A stretch of DNA of 64,000 nt, from positions 341-64,340 of the forward strand of contig CAZPKN010000001.1 of assembly GCA_964587195.1 (NCBI GenBank), in the 5' to 3' direction. Shown one piece after another: positions 9,119-19,433 of the stretch. Under the pieces are notes generated by a model that was given only the letters and a program-made list of their open reading frames with translations, was not told the DNA's origin and ran no database searches. The first letter of the stretch is position 1; each line of letters begins with the position of its first letter. Source of the stretch: an uncultured Gammaproteobacteria bacterium (lineage in GTDB: Bacteria; Patescibacteriota; Patescibacteriia; Patescibacteriales; UBA12465). Both the position numbers and the translations under genes were made by a program.

Positions 9119-10300
9119 ATGAAAACTAACCAGCCCAAAATCGAAAAGCTAATTTCAGAACTATGCCCGAATGGTGTGGAGTTTTTGGAAATTGATAGTT
9201 TGTGGATTAGGGCACCAAAATCAAAGCTCGGCGTCGCCCAAGTCAAAGAGCTTGGTGATGGTGAAAACATTTGCTTTACTTCTGGTAAAAATATTTTTTA
9301 TGTCGATAAATATCTTGTTGACGGTGAGTATATTTTTATGAATGATGGTGGAAGCGCTGATACAAAATATAATAAAGGTAAGGCGTATTATACGGATCAC
9401 ACTTTTACATTTACATGTGACAAAATAAAAATATTGCCAAAATTTCTTTATTTTTTCTTAAAAGAAAATGAAAAACATATAAATGATGTTTTATTTAAAG
9501 GAACGGGGTTAAAAAATTTAAATAAAAAAGCATTTGCAAACTTTCAAATCCCCATCCCACCCCTTGAAATACAAGAAGAAATCGTAAAAATTCTTGATAA
9601 TTTTACGGAGCTAGAAGCGGAGCTAGAAGCGGAGCTAGAAGCGGAGCTAGAAGCGAGAAAGAAGCAATATGAGCATTATCGCACTAGTCTTTTCCTAAAG
9701 AATAAAAATAATGAAATTAAGACGCTTGGCGAAGTTTGTTGTATTGGTTCTGGCGGGACACCATCAAAATCAAAGAAAGGATATTGGGAAAATGGAGACA
9801 TCCCCTGGATTAAGTCTGAGTCATGTAAAAATGAATCGGTACGTGTAGCAAATAGTTTTATTACAAGTATTGGTCTTAAAAATTCAAGTGCAAAATTATT
9901 AGATAAAAACACAACATTAATTGCTCTTGTCGGAGCTACTATTTTTAAAACTGCGTTTTTAGAGTTTGAGGCTAGTACAAATCAAAACATAGCAAGTATT
10001 AAATCTAATGACCAATCGATGTTGAGTGATAAGTTTATTTTTTATTATTTAACTAGTCTTTATTCAAGCTTAAAGAATAATATGAAAGATTATGGGATGC
10101 TCAACTTAACAACACTTAGGTCTTTCAAAATCCCCGTCCCACCCATCGCTGAACAAGAACGCATCGTTTCAATCCTTGATAAATTCGATGCCCTTGTTAA
10201 TGATATTTCAATCGGTTTACCCGCTGAACTTAAGGCTCGTCGTAAGCAATATGAATATTACCGAAACAAGCTTTTGATGTTTAAAGAATTAACAAAATAG
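9119..10300 (+). CDS. hsdS: type I RM specificity subunit S (type IC-like)
   Basis: Two TRDs; conserved IPIPPLEIQEEIVKILDNF and VPPIAEQERIVSILDKF; ARKKQYE.YR; ELEA spacer repeats. Confidence 0.96.
   Translation: MKTNQPKIEKLISELCPNGVEFLEIDSLWIRAPKSKLGVAQVKELGDGENICFTSGKNIFYVDKYLVDGEYIFMNDGGSADTKYNKGKAYYTDHTFTFTCDKIKILPKFLYFFLKENEKHINDVLFKGTGLKNLNKKAFANFQIPIPPLEIQEEIVKILDNFTELEAELEAELEAELEARKKQYEHYRTSLFLKNKNNEIKTLGEVCCIGSGGTPSKSKKGYWENGDIPWIKSESCKNESVRVANSFITSIGLKNSSAKLLDKNTTLIALVGATIFKTAFLEFEASTNQNIASIKSNDQSMLSDKFIFYYLTSLYSSLKNNMKDYGMLNLTTLRSFKIPVPPIAEQERIVSILDKFDALVNDISIGLPAELKARRKQYEYYRNKLLMFKELTK
9608..9655 (+). repeat. four exact 12-bp tandem repeats (gagctagaagcg; ELEA) in the hsdS central spacer
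   Basis: Read directly from the sequence. Confidence 0.95.
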
Positions 10301-10301
10301 T

Positions 10302-11390
10302 ATGGAAAAGTTTGATTCCATCGAAAATCTTGCTAAAGAAATAAAAAAGAAATTAAAGGTCACTAAGAAAAAGAAGATAGGAGCTCTTTATGCATTTAAT
10401 TCTACCGGAAAAACAAGATTATCAACGATATTAAATGAATCAAATAGAGAAGATGAGGAAAGCGACGGTAAAATAAAAGTTCTTTGTTATAACGCTTTCT
10501 TAGAAGACATGTTTATATGGGACAATGAGAATTATGTTCTTTCTTTTAATACAAATTCATGGATTGTAAAATTAGTAATTGATCAAGGTTTGGATGGAGA
10601 TATTATTGACAATTTCAAAGATATTATAAACTCAAATATCGAGCCCTCATTTGACTTTACTAATGGGGAAATTGCTTTTAATGTAGTTTCAGGAGATGAC
10701 AACAGTAAAAATAATATTAAAATTTCAAAGGGAGAGGAAAGTATTTTCATATGGTCATTTTTTTATACTATCCTAAAATCCGCAATTGAGACTCTAAACA
10801 TTGAGGAGTCAAATAGGCCTACGCCTGTTTTTAATGACCTAGGGCGCATAGTCATTGACGATCCAGTATCCTCTCTAGATGATACCAAGATAATAACAAT
10901 GACAATTAAGCTTGTGGAAACCATAGAATCATTTGAAGGTGACTCTCTATCGTTCTTTATTGCCACGCATCACGCTTTATTCTACAATATTTTAGTTAAT
11001 TCTTTTAAAAGAAATAGTGGTTGTAATTTTAAATCATACAACCTTATAAAAGATAACTATACCTTTCAACTTTTAAAACAAGGGGACACTCCTTTCTCTT
11101 ATCACCTATCAATAAAAAAAATTATTCAGGAAGCTATAATAGGTAATCATATTGAAAGATATCACTTCAATCTTTTTAGAAGCCTACTTGAGAAAACATC
11201 TACCTTCTTGGGATACGACGATTGGAGAAAATGCGTGCCGAGCGGAAGAAAGGCGGAATTTATAAGACTTCTTAATTTGTATAGCCATGGCAAATTATCA
11301 GATATTGAGAGCAGACAGATGTCTGGAGAGGATAAAATTATTTTTGAAGAAACATTCACTAATTTTGTCTCAGATTTTAAATGGGGTTAA
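10302..11390 (+). CDS. prrC: PrrC-family anticodon nuclease (ABC ATPase + HEPN)
   Basis: YAFNSTGKTRLS, KISKGEE, IDDPVSSLDD, THH, RLLNLYSH; position between hsdS and hsdR as in the EcoprrI locus. Confidence 0.88.
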   Translation: MEKFDSIENLAKEIKKKLKVTKKKKIGALYAFNSTGKTRLSTILNESNREDEESDGKIKVLCYNAFLEDMFIWDNENYVLSFNTNSWIVKLVIDQGLDGDIIDNFKDIINSNIEPSFDFTNGEIAFNVVSGDDNSKNNIKISKGEESIFIWSFFYTILKSAIETLNIEESNRPTPVFNDLGRIVIDDPVSSLDDTKIITMTIKLVETIESFEGDSLSFFIATHHALFYNILVNSFKRNSGCNFKSYNLIKDNYTFQLLKQGDTPFSYHLSIKKIIQEAIIGNHIERYHFNLFRSLLEKTSTFLGYDDWRKCVPSGRKAEFIRLLNLYSHGKLSDIESRQMSGEDKIIFEETFTNFVSDFKWG

Positions 11391-11435
11391 TAATATACGA
11401 ATATTACCGAAACAAGCTTTTAACTTTTAAAGAAT

Positions 11436-12311
11436 ATGAATCATAAAATTTCCATCCGTTTTTTTAACGACCGAGAAGTTCGGGCTGTTTGGGATGAAAA
11501 AAATAATAAATGGTTATTTAGTGTATTAGATATTATTGCCGTTCTTACAGATCAAAATAATTACACTAAGACCCGTAACTATTGGAAATACCTCAAGGCC
11601 AAGCTTAAGAAAGAAAAAAGTCAGGTGGTTAGTTCTACTACCCAACTGAAAATTTTGGCAAATGATGGAAAACGGTATTTAACCGATATGCTGGACTATG
11701 ACGGTATTATCGCTTTGGGTAAAAATTTCCCCGGAACAAAGGCTAACCGATTTATTAATTGGTTTACTTTTAGCGACGAGGGTATAGACGGGAAAAGCAA
11801 AACCAAGGCTTATGCTTTGTTCGAAAGTTCGCTAATTAACAACATAGAAATAGGGACCACGAAAGGACTAAAGCAGATTCACGCCTACTTATTCGGCGGT
11901 CTTTATAATTTTGCCGGACAAATTAGAAAAAAGAATATTTCTAAAGGCGGTTTTCAGTTTGCTATGGCGCAGTATTTAGAAAACACACTTCAGCAGATTG
12001 AAAAAATGCCGGAGAAAACTTTTGAAGAAATTGTTGATAAATATGTAGAAATGAATATCGCTCATCCATTTATGGAAGGAAATGGCCGAACGACTCGCAT
12101 CTGGCTCGATTTAATTCTTAAAAAACGCTTAAAAAAATGCGTGGACTGGAGCAAGATAAGTAAGAAGGACTACATCGGTGCGATGATACGAAGCCCTAAA
12201 AACAGTCTAAAACTAAAAAATTTACTAAAAAAATCCTTAACTAACAAAATCAACAATCGTGAAATGTTTATGAAAGGAATAGATTATTCATATTATTACG
12301 AAGAGGATTAA
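11436..12311 (+). CDS. Fic-family adenylyltransferase with N-terminal BRO-like domain
   Basis: EVRAVWDE...[11 protein letters not shown]...RNYWKYLK N-terminus; [12 protein letters not shown] Fic motif. Confidence 0.88.
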   Translation: MNHKISIRFFNDREVRAVWDEKNNKWLFSVLDIIAVLTDQNNYTKTRNYWKYLKAKLKKEKSQVVSSTTQLKILANDGKRYLTDMLDYDGIIALGKNFPGTKANRFINWFTFSDEGIDGKSKTKAYALFESSLINNIEIGTTKGLKQIHAYLFGGLYNFAGQIRKKNISKGGFQFAMAQYLENTLQQIEKMPEKTFEEIVDKYVEMNIAHPFMEGNGRTTRIWLDLILKKRLKKCVDWSKISKKDYIGAMIRSPKNSLKLKNLLKKSLTNKINNREMFMKGIDYSYYYEED

Positions 12312-12317
12312 AAAACT

Positions 12318-15300
12318 ATGCCAAACCAAGAACACAGCTCCGCTGAAAATTCGGCGGGAAGTTATAATCTAGTCGCTTCAAGTACTCAAAGCACCGTCGT
12401 GGCTGAGTATGTTTCTGATAAAAAAAGAGCGTTTAAGTATCAAAGCGAAGCCGAACTTGAAAAAGCTTTCATTAAGCAGTTAGAAGCCCAGGCTTATGAA
12501 TATTTAAAAATCGCCTCAGAAGATGATTTGCTTTTGAATTTACGAAAACAGCTCGAAAAGCTAAATGATTATAATTTTAGCGATTTAGAATGGAATCGAT
12601 TTTTTAAAGCCGAAATTGCTAACCAAAGCCAGGGTATTGAAGAAAAAACCGCTACCATTCAGGAAGATTATAAAAAAAATCTAATTCTTGATGACGGCTC
12701 AACTAGAAATATTTATCTCATTAAAAAAGACAGTATCCACGATAATAGTTTACAAGTTATTAACCAATATTCAAGCGAAGATGGCGAACGATTAAACCGC
12801 TATGATGTAACGATTTTAGTAAACGGCCTACCGCTTATCCATATCGAGCTAAAAAGACGAGGAGTAGCCATACAAGAAGCATTTAATCAGATAAATAGAT
12901 ACCAAAGAGAAAGCTTTTGGGCCGCTTCCGGTCTGTTTGAATATGTCCAGTTATTTATTATCTCAAACGGAACCCATACTAAATACTATAGCAATACTAC
13001 CAGATCACAGCACATCAAAGAGTCCGGCGAAGGAAAACAGAAAAAGGGCAGGCGGACAAGTAATAGCTTTGAGTTTACGAGCTGGTGGGCAGACGCCGCT
13101 AATCGGCCGATTACCGACTTAATTGATTTTACTAAAACATTTTTCGCCAAGCATGCCGTTTTAAATATTTTAACAAAATATTGCGTCTTTACCTCGGACA
13201 AATTACTGTTAGTAATGCGCCCCTACCAAATCGTCGCCACGGAAAGAATTTTAAATCGCATCGAAATAAGTACAAACTACAAAAAATTCGGAACCGTTGA
13301 GGCGGGCGGCTATGTTTGGCATACGACCGGGTCCGGAAAAACCCTAACTAGTTTTAAAACCGCTCAGCTTGCTAGCAAATTATCTTATGTTGATAAGGTT
13401 TTGTTTGTTGTTGATAGAAAAGATCTCGATTATCAAACCATGCAGGAATATGACAAGTTTGAAAAAGGGGCCGCAAGCAGTAATGTCAGTACCGCTATTT
13501 TAAAAAGACAACTAGAAGACAGTAGCTCAAGAATTATCGTCACAACTATTCAAAAACTCGATCGCTTTATCGCTAAAAACTCCGGACATACCGTTTTTGA
13601 CGGACATATTGTTATTATCTTTGACGAGTGCCACCGCTCACAATTCGGCGAAATGCACGCCGGCATAGTTAAGGCCTTTAAAAAATATCATCTATTCGGT
13701 TTTACCGGAACGCCGATTTTTGCCGCTAACGCTTCAACCGGCGGTCGTCCCGATTTTAAAACAACCGAGCAGGCTTTCGGTTCAAAACTTCATACCTATA
13801 CCATAGTTGACGCTATTTCCGATAAAAATGTTCTACCTTTTAAAGTCGATTATGTTTCAACTGTCCGCGAAGCCGAAGACATTGAAGATAAAAAAGTTAG
13901 CGATATTGATAGAGAGGCCGTTTTAGCCGCCCCGGAAAGACTCGAGAATATCGTTAAATATATTATTGAACATTTCGACCAAAAAACTAAACGAAATAGC
14001 TTTTATAAACTAAAAGAACGGAGGCTAGCCGGTTTTAATTCAATTTTTGCCGTTAGTTCAATTGAAGTTGCTAAAAAATATTATTTAGAATTTAAAAAAC
14101 AATTAGCCGAAGTTCCGAGCGATAAAAAATTAAAAATAGGAACTATTTTTAGTTTCGGGGTTAACGATGAAGACGGAGACGGAATGATGGATGAAAATTC
14201 CGAGGACACTAGCGGGCTTGATACTAGCTCTAGAGATTTTTTAGAAAGCGCTATTTCCGATTATAATGAAATGTTCGGAACATCTTACGATACCTCCTCC
14301 GATAAATTCCAAAATTACTATAAAGATGTCAGCGAAAAAGTAAAGAAAAGAGAGCTTGATGTCTTAATTGTCGTTAATATGTTTTTGACCGGGTTTGATG
14401 CGACTACTCTTAATACCCTTTGGGTTGATAAAAATCTGCGCTCGCACGGACTGCTCCAAGCTTATTCTAGGACTAACCGCATCTTAAACAGCATCAAAAC
14501 TTTCGGTAATATCGTTTGTTTTAGAAATTTAGAAAAAGCGACTAACGAAGCGATTGCCCTATTCGGCGATAAAGAAGCGGGCGGGATTGTTTTGCTTAGA
14601 TCTTATCAAGACTATTACCACGGCTATAAAGATGGCGATAAAGAATTTCGAGGTTATGTTAGCTTAGTCGACGAGCTAATGGCAAAATTCCCGGTCGGGA
14701 TAAGAATTGATAGCGAGCAAGCGCAAAAAGAATTCATTAATCTCTACGGCGGAATTTTAAGACTAAGAAACATTTTAACAACTTTCGACGAGTTTATCGG
14801 CGATGAAATATTTACCCAATACGATATTCAGGACTATCATAGCATGTACATTGATTTGTATAATGAACTTCGCAAAGTTAAAGAGAGCGAGAAAGAAAAT
14901 ATTAATGATGATATTGTTTTCGAAATGGAACTTATTAAACAAGTTGATATCAATATTGATTATATTTTAAGTCTTATTAAAATCTACCATGAAGATAATA
15001 CAAAAAATAAAGACAGCTTGATGGATATTAATAAAGCGATTGACGCGAGCGTTGAGCTTAGAAATAAAAAAGATTTAATTAACCAGTTTATCAGCTCGCT
15101 TGATATTAATTCAAAGATTGATGAAGATTGGCGGAAATTTGTTGCTGAAAAAAAGATTGAAGAACTGGAAAAAATTATCGCTAACGAAAATTTAGACAAA
15201 GAAGCGACTTATGCGCTTATTGATAACGCCTTTAAAGACGGCTATGTCCCGACTACTGGAACGACTATTACCAAAATTTTACCACCCGTATCAAGATTTT

Positions 15301-15392
15301 CTCCCGACGGAAAAATGACTATTAAGCGCGAAACTGTTCTTAGAAAACTAGCTAGCTTCTTCGACAGATTCTTTGATATTTCTGAGAGGTAG
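12318..15392 (+). CDS. hsdR: type I restriction endonuclease subunit R
   Basis: RYDVTILVNGLPLIHIELK nuclease motif; HTTGSGKT, DECHR, FTGTP, MFLTGFDA, QAYSRTNR helicase motifs. Confidence 0.97.
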   Translation: MPNQEHSSAENSAGSYNLVASSTQSTVVAEYVSDKKRAFKYQSEAELEKAFIKQLEAQAYEYLKIASEDDLLLNLRKQLEKLNDYNFSDLEWNRFFKAEIANQSQGIEEKTATIQEDYKKNLILDDGSTRNIYLIKKDSIHDNSLQVINQYSSEDGERLNRYDVTILVNGLPLIHIELKRRGVAIQEAFNQINRYQRESFWAASGLFEYVQLFIISNGTHTKYYSNTTRSQHIKESGEGKQKKGRRTSNSFEFTSWWADAANRPITDLIDFTKTFFAKHAVLNILTKYCVFTSDKLLLVMRPYQIVATERILNRIEISTNYKKFGTVEAGGYVWHTTGSGKTLTSFKTAQLASKLSYVDKVLFVVDRKDLDYQTMQEYDKFEKGAASSNVSTAILKRQLEDSSSRIIVTTIQKLDRFIAKNSGHTVFDGHIVIIFDECHRSQFGEMHAGIVKAFKKYHLFGFTGTPIFAANASTGGRPDFKTTEQAFGSKLHTYTIVDAISDKNVLPFKVDYVSTVREAEDIEDKKVSDIDREAVLAAPERLENIVKYIIEHFDQKTKRNSFYKLKERRLAGFNSIFAVSSIEVAKKYYLEFKKQLAEVPSDKKLKIGTIFSFGVNDEDGDGMMDENSEDTSGLDTSSRDFLESAISDYNEMFGTSYDTSSDKFQNYYKDVSEKVKKRELDVLIVVNMFLTGFDATTLNTLWVDKNLRSHGLLQAYSRTNRILNSIKTFGNIVCFRNLEKATNEAIALFGDKEAGGIVLLRSYQDYYHGYKDGDKEFRGYVSLVDELMAKFPVGIRIDSEQAQKEFINLYGGILRLRNILTTFDEFIGDEIFTQYDIQDYHSMYIDLYNELRKVKESEKENINDDIVFEMELIKQVDINIDYILSLIKIYHEDNTKNKDSLMDINKAIDASVELRNKKDLINQFISSLDINSKIDEDWRKFVAEKKIEELEKIIANENLDKEATYALIDNAFKDGYVPTTGTTITKILPPVSRFSPDGKMTIKRETVLRKLASFFDRFFDISER

Positions 15393-15467
15393 ATATATTT
15401 TGAGATAATTAATTTTAAATTATACCTTTGAAAATGACCATCAGTCAGCGTTAAATAAAAAATAATT

Positions 15468-15881
15468 ATGAATGGCTTTCAATATAAAAAAGATTATAAT
15501 TTTTTCTTAAATAAGTTAGCTAAAGGCGATAAAATTTTATTTGCTAAAAAATATCTGAAGTTATTTGATTTTAGAGATCCTAGTATAAAAAGAAAGGAAT
15601 TTAATAAAATTAGGAATAAATTATATAAAAAATTAGTTTTAAAATTTGGCGAACAATGTCAGTTAAAAATTCACCCTGATTGTTTCAAGGAGAAATCTTT
15701 TGATGTTGATCATTTCATTCCTCTCTCAACAAATAAGCTAAATAAGGAACTCAGAAATATAAAAGCAGCAAAAGGGAGAAAGGTTGCGAGTCAAAGTTTT
15801 GGGTCGAATGACATTGCTAATCTAAAAATAGCTTGTAAGAAATGTAATAGCTATAAAAAACATAAACTTTTGTTTAAATAA
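15468..15881 (+). CDS. HNH endonuclease family protein
   Basis: CQ...C...DVDHFIPLS...GSND.ANL.IACKKCN..K. Confidence 0.85.
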   Translation: MNGFQYKKDYNFFLNKLAKGDKILFAKKYLKLFDFRDPSIKRKEFNKIRNKLYKKLVLKFGEQCQLKIHPDCFKEKSFDVDHFIPLSTNKLNKELRNIKAAKGRKVASQSFGSNDIANLKIACKKCNSYKKHKLLFK

Positions 15882-16022
15882 TTAACGACAAAAAGAACTT
15901 AAACACCCCCGACCTAATCAATAAAATTATCACTGAAGTAGAAAGAACGTATAAAAGATATTAAAATTATAATAAATGCAAAAATAAGATAAAATCTACT
16001 TGAATACTATCAATCATCCCCC

Positions 16023-17519
16023 ATGCCACACATAAGCAAAACACAATACCTTGAATACCTCGCCTGCCCTAAGAACGCCTGGCTTAAACAACATAAGCCG
16101 GAGTTGGCTGGCTCTTTTGAGTTATCAGCTTTTGAAAAAAGTTTAGTCGCTAATGGAAATTTAGTTGAAGAGTGGGCCAGAAAACTTTTTCCAAGCGGCG
16201 TTTTAATAGAATCATCTGGCAAAACAGCCGCCTTAGAAACTATTAAATATTTAGAGGTTAAACAGTCGGCTATTTTTCAAGCTACTTTTATCACCGATAA
16301 ATTTCTAGCGCGAGCCGATGTTTTAGAATATGATAGTGAAACCGACTCTTGGAATCTCTATGAAATAAAAGGTACTAATTCCTTGAAAGAAAAAACCGAT
16401 GACAGAGATCATATTGATGATGCCGCTTTCCAATATATAACCCTTGGCGACTGCGGCCTAAAAATTGGAACTATAAATATTATCCACCTCAACAAAGACT
16501 ATATCCGGGGCGATGAAATAAACGTTCAAGAATTATTTGCGATTGATGATATCACTGATAAGATTCTCGAGCGAGAAGAGGCCACTAGAGAAAAAATGTC
16601 GGAAGCCGCTCAGGCTCTTTTTCAAAAAGACGAACGGGCAGTTAATTGCAATTGCATTTACAAAGGACGGAGCAATCATTGCTCAACTTTTAGCTATGCT
16701 CATCCTGAAGTCCCTGAATATGCTATTCATGATTTATACCGCATCGGCCTGAGCCCAAAAAAATTAGCCTCCCTGGTTGATGACAATATTTTTGATCTTG
16801 CCGACGTTCCCTCCGACTTTAAATTATCAGAAGCTCAGCAGAATCAAATTAACGTCTATAAAAGCCAAATGCCGATGATAGATTTAATATCTATTAAAGC
16901 CGAGCTTGAAGCGCTAAAATACCCGCTCTATTTCTTTGATTACGAAACATACCCACCGGCCATTCCCCTTTTTAAAGGCTTTAAACCCTATCAGCATATC
17001 CCCTTTCAATTTTCTCTACACGTCCTAAGCAGCCCGGACAGCGAGCCTGAGCATTACGGATATCTTCATATAGATAATACTAATCCGACCGCAGACATTA
17101 TTAATGCCCTACAAAAATATATCGGCCCCGAGGGAAGTATTATTGTCTGGTATAAGCCGTTTGAACAAACCAGAAATTTGGAATTAGCGCTTTTAAGTCC
17201 TGACAATAGTGAGTTTTTAGCGGATATCAACAACCGCATCTACGATTTAATGGATATCTTTTCCAAACAGCTATACGTCCACCCAAAATTTAAAGGGAGC
17301 ACTTCGATTAAAAAAGTATTACCAGTTTTAGTTCCATCTCTTAATTACCAAGAGTTAGAGATAAAAGAAGGGGGATCGGCCATGGAAGCTTGGTTTGAAA
17401 AAATATTTAATGCCAGTTCAGAAGCAGAGAAAGAAGAAACTGCTAAAAATCTTCTAAAATATTGCGAACTAGACACCTATGCCATGTACGCTATTTGGAA
17501 GGAATTGATGAAAATATAG
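16023..17519 (+). CDS. DUF2779-type protein (Cas4-like PD-(D/E)xK nuclease plus RNase H-like exonuclease domain)
   Basis: ISKTQYL..LACPK, ADVL..YEIKG, C.C...C cluster, YFFDYET, PFQFSLH, SIKKVLP, LKYCELDT. Confidence 0.82.
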   Translation: MPHISKTQYLEYLACPKNAWLKQHKPELAGSFELSAFEKSLVANGNLVEEWARKLFPSGVLIESSGKTAALETIKYLEVKQSAIFQATFITDKFLARADVLEYDSETDSWNLYEIKGTNSLKEKTDDRDHIDDAAFQYITLGDCGLKIGTINIIHLNKDYIRGDEINVQELFAIDDITDKILEREEATREKMSEAAQALFQKDERAVNCNCIYKGRSNHCSTFSYAHPEVPEYAIHDLYRIGLSPKKLASLVDDNIFDLADVPSDFKLSEAQQNQINVYKSQMPMIDLISIKAELEALKYPLYFFDYETYPPAIPLFKGFKPYQHIPFQFSLHVLSSPDSEPEHYGYLHIDNTNPTADIINALQKYIGPEGSIIVWYKPFEQTRNLELALLSPDNSEFLADINNRIYDLMDIFSKQLYVHPKFKGSTSIKKVLPVLVPSLNYQELEIKEGGSAMEAWFEKIFNASSEAEKEETAKNLLKYCELDTYAMYAIWKELMKI

Positions 17520-17647
17520 AGAAATTGATAAGTTTGTGGATACTAGAACCGTCACTTGATTTTTATAAAGATACATATTATAATAATCCGTTACCTTAGT
17601 TCATTAACTTCAAAAAAAACAATGCCTTCAAAGGAGGGGGGATATAT

Positions 17648-18148
17648 ATGGAAACAAATAATATTAAACTTTTTAGCGGAGAATTCTTCCTCCCTGTCGA
17701 TTATGATGAAGACTTTGACGACTTGCTCGAAAAAGGAAACTACGACCACGTTTCAGATGACATCAATGAAGAAAATTTTCAATCAGTTGTACAAGCCGAA
17801 CAAAGCGGGAACATTATTCAAGTTGCAAGGTTTATAGGGAGTAGAAAAGGAGGAATTTGCGATCTTATAGGTTTCCCATACAGACAAGCGACTTTAAGAG
17901 AGTTCGCGTCTTATGCATTAATCAAGCCTTCCGGGCCATTATTTGGGGTAGCCTATGGTTCAGTCTATAAAATAGCCCCGGGTAAAATGGAAGTTCCTTA
18001 TTTTAGCGATGAAAATGGCCGAAGGCGATTACATGGTATTTTGTCAGAATTAGATTATGAAAAAGAGCCGTACGGTAGATTGCTAGTTATCAGGATGTGT
18101 TTCGATTTAAACGAATATTACCGATCTCAAATTGAATTCTTTAGCTAG
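17648..18148 (+). CDS. hypothetical protein
   Basis: ORF with strong SD (aaggaggggg), upstream TTGATT..TATAAT-like promoter and downstream terminator (~18161-18202). Confidence 0.7.
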   Translation: METNNIKLFSGEFFLPVDYDEDFDDLLEKGNYDHVSDDINEENFQSVVQAEQSGNIIQVARFIGSRKGGICDLIGFPYRQATLREFASYALIKPSGPLFGVAYGSVYKIAPGKMEVPYFSDENGRRRLHGILSELDYEKEPYGRLLVIRMCFDLNEYYRSQIEFFS

Positions 18149-18220
18149 AAGCCCCTCTTCAAAAGTCCCCGTTTCATTTATGAAGTGGGGATTTTCTTTT
18201 TTATGCTATAATCCATATAT

Positions 18221-18955
18221 ATGAAACTAATATCATTAAATGCCTGGGGTGGACAGGTTCCGGAAATAATAGACTTTTTTAAAAAATACCAAGACGTTGA
18301 TATTTTTTTATTACAAGAAGTTTTTAATGATGGGACTGAAAGAACGGTTTTTCATGAAAACGAAAAAACTCAATTATTTAAAGAGTTGGATGAAAAGCTC
18401 CCCAGCCATCAAGGCTATTTTGCCCCCTCAGTTTTTCAAGAGTGGGGATTAGCCATTTTTATTAAAAAATCTATTTCTATTTTAACAAGCGGGGATCATT
18501 TTGTTTATTTACATAGAGAATCCTTACGTGGCCAAGAATTCAAAACCGTCGGTCGAAACTTACAATTTATAAACATTATCCATAATGGTAAAAATTTAAA
18601 TATTATTAACTTTCACGGACTTCATACTGGAGAAGGCAAGGATGATTGTCCTGAAAGAATAGACCAGTCAAAAAAAATAATTGATTTTATAAAAAAACTA
18701 GAAGGAGAAATAATTCTAGCTGGCGATTTTAATCTCAAGCCAGACACGGAAAGCTTAATAATGATTGAAAAAGGGCTTAAATTAAAAAATCTTATAAAAG
18801 ACTACGAGATAAAATCAACACGCACTTCATATTATAGTAAACCGGAAAAATTCGCCGATTATATTCTATGCTCAGAGGGAGTAAAGGTTGAAGAATTCTC
18901 TACTCTACCTGAGGAGGTATCCGATCATAAAGCGCTGTTGATGAAATTTATATAA
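18221..18955 (+). CDS. endonuclease/exonuclease/phosphatase (EEP) family protein
   Basis: ISLN, DIFLLQEV, ILAGDFN, DYI, SDH. Confidence 0.92.
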   Translation: MKLISLNAWGGQVPEIIDFFKKYQDVDIFLLQEVFNDGTERTVFHENEKTQLFKELDEKLPSHQGYFAPSVFQEWGLAIFIKKSISILTSGDHFVYLHRESLRGQEFKTVGRNLQFINIIHNGKNLNIINFHGLHTGEGKDDCPERIDQSKKIIDFIKKLEGEIILAGDFNLKPDTESLIMIEKGLKLKNLIKDYEIKSTRTSYYSKPEKFADYILCSEGVKVEEFSTLPEEVSDHKALLMKFI

Positions 18956-18959
18956 ATTT

Positions 18960-19409
18960 ATGAAAATAACTATCTGCGCTAGTGTTGATTTCGCCCCAAA
19001 GATAAAAGAAGTAAAAGAGAGTCTTGAAAAAAGAGGCTGGGAAGTTAATATTCCTTATGTTTCTGAAATGATTATAAACGGCAAATTATTCTTAGAAGAT
19101 TTTTTAAGAGAAAAAGGGCTAAGTGGAGATATAGAGATTAGACGGGCGCAGAAAGTTGATATGATAAGACGTTATTGGGAATTTATTAAAAATTCTGATG
19201 CCATTTTAATTGTTAATGAAAGTAAAAAAGGAATTGATGGTTATATTGGTGGCAGCGTTTTAATAGAAATGGGCTTTGCTTATGGGCATAATAAAAAAAT
19301 ATATTTATACAACGATCTCCCAATTAGAAGCGAACGAATCCACTATTTAGATGAAATAATCGACATGAAGCCAATAGTGATAAATGGGGATTTAAACAAA
19401 ATTAATTAA
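18960..19409 (+). CDS. nucleoside 2-deoxyribosyltransferase-like protein
   Basis: ITICASV, I..SDAILIVN..K.GIDGYIG.SVLIEMGFAY..NKKIYL. Confidence 0.7.
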   Translation: MKITICASVDFAPKIKEVKESLEKRGWEVNIPYVSEMIINGKLFLEDFLREKGLSGDIEIRRAQKVDMIRRYWEFIKNSDAILIVNESKKGIDGYIGGSVLIEMGFAYGHNKKIYLYNDLPIRSERIHYLDEIIDMKPIVINGDLNKIN

Positions 19410-19433
19410 TTTAAAAAATATAAAATCTTATAT

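Noticed and set aside
16023-17519. CRISPR-associated Cas4
   Set aside because: No cas1/cas2 or array; the architecture fits stand-alone DUF2779 proteins
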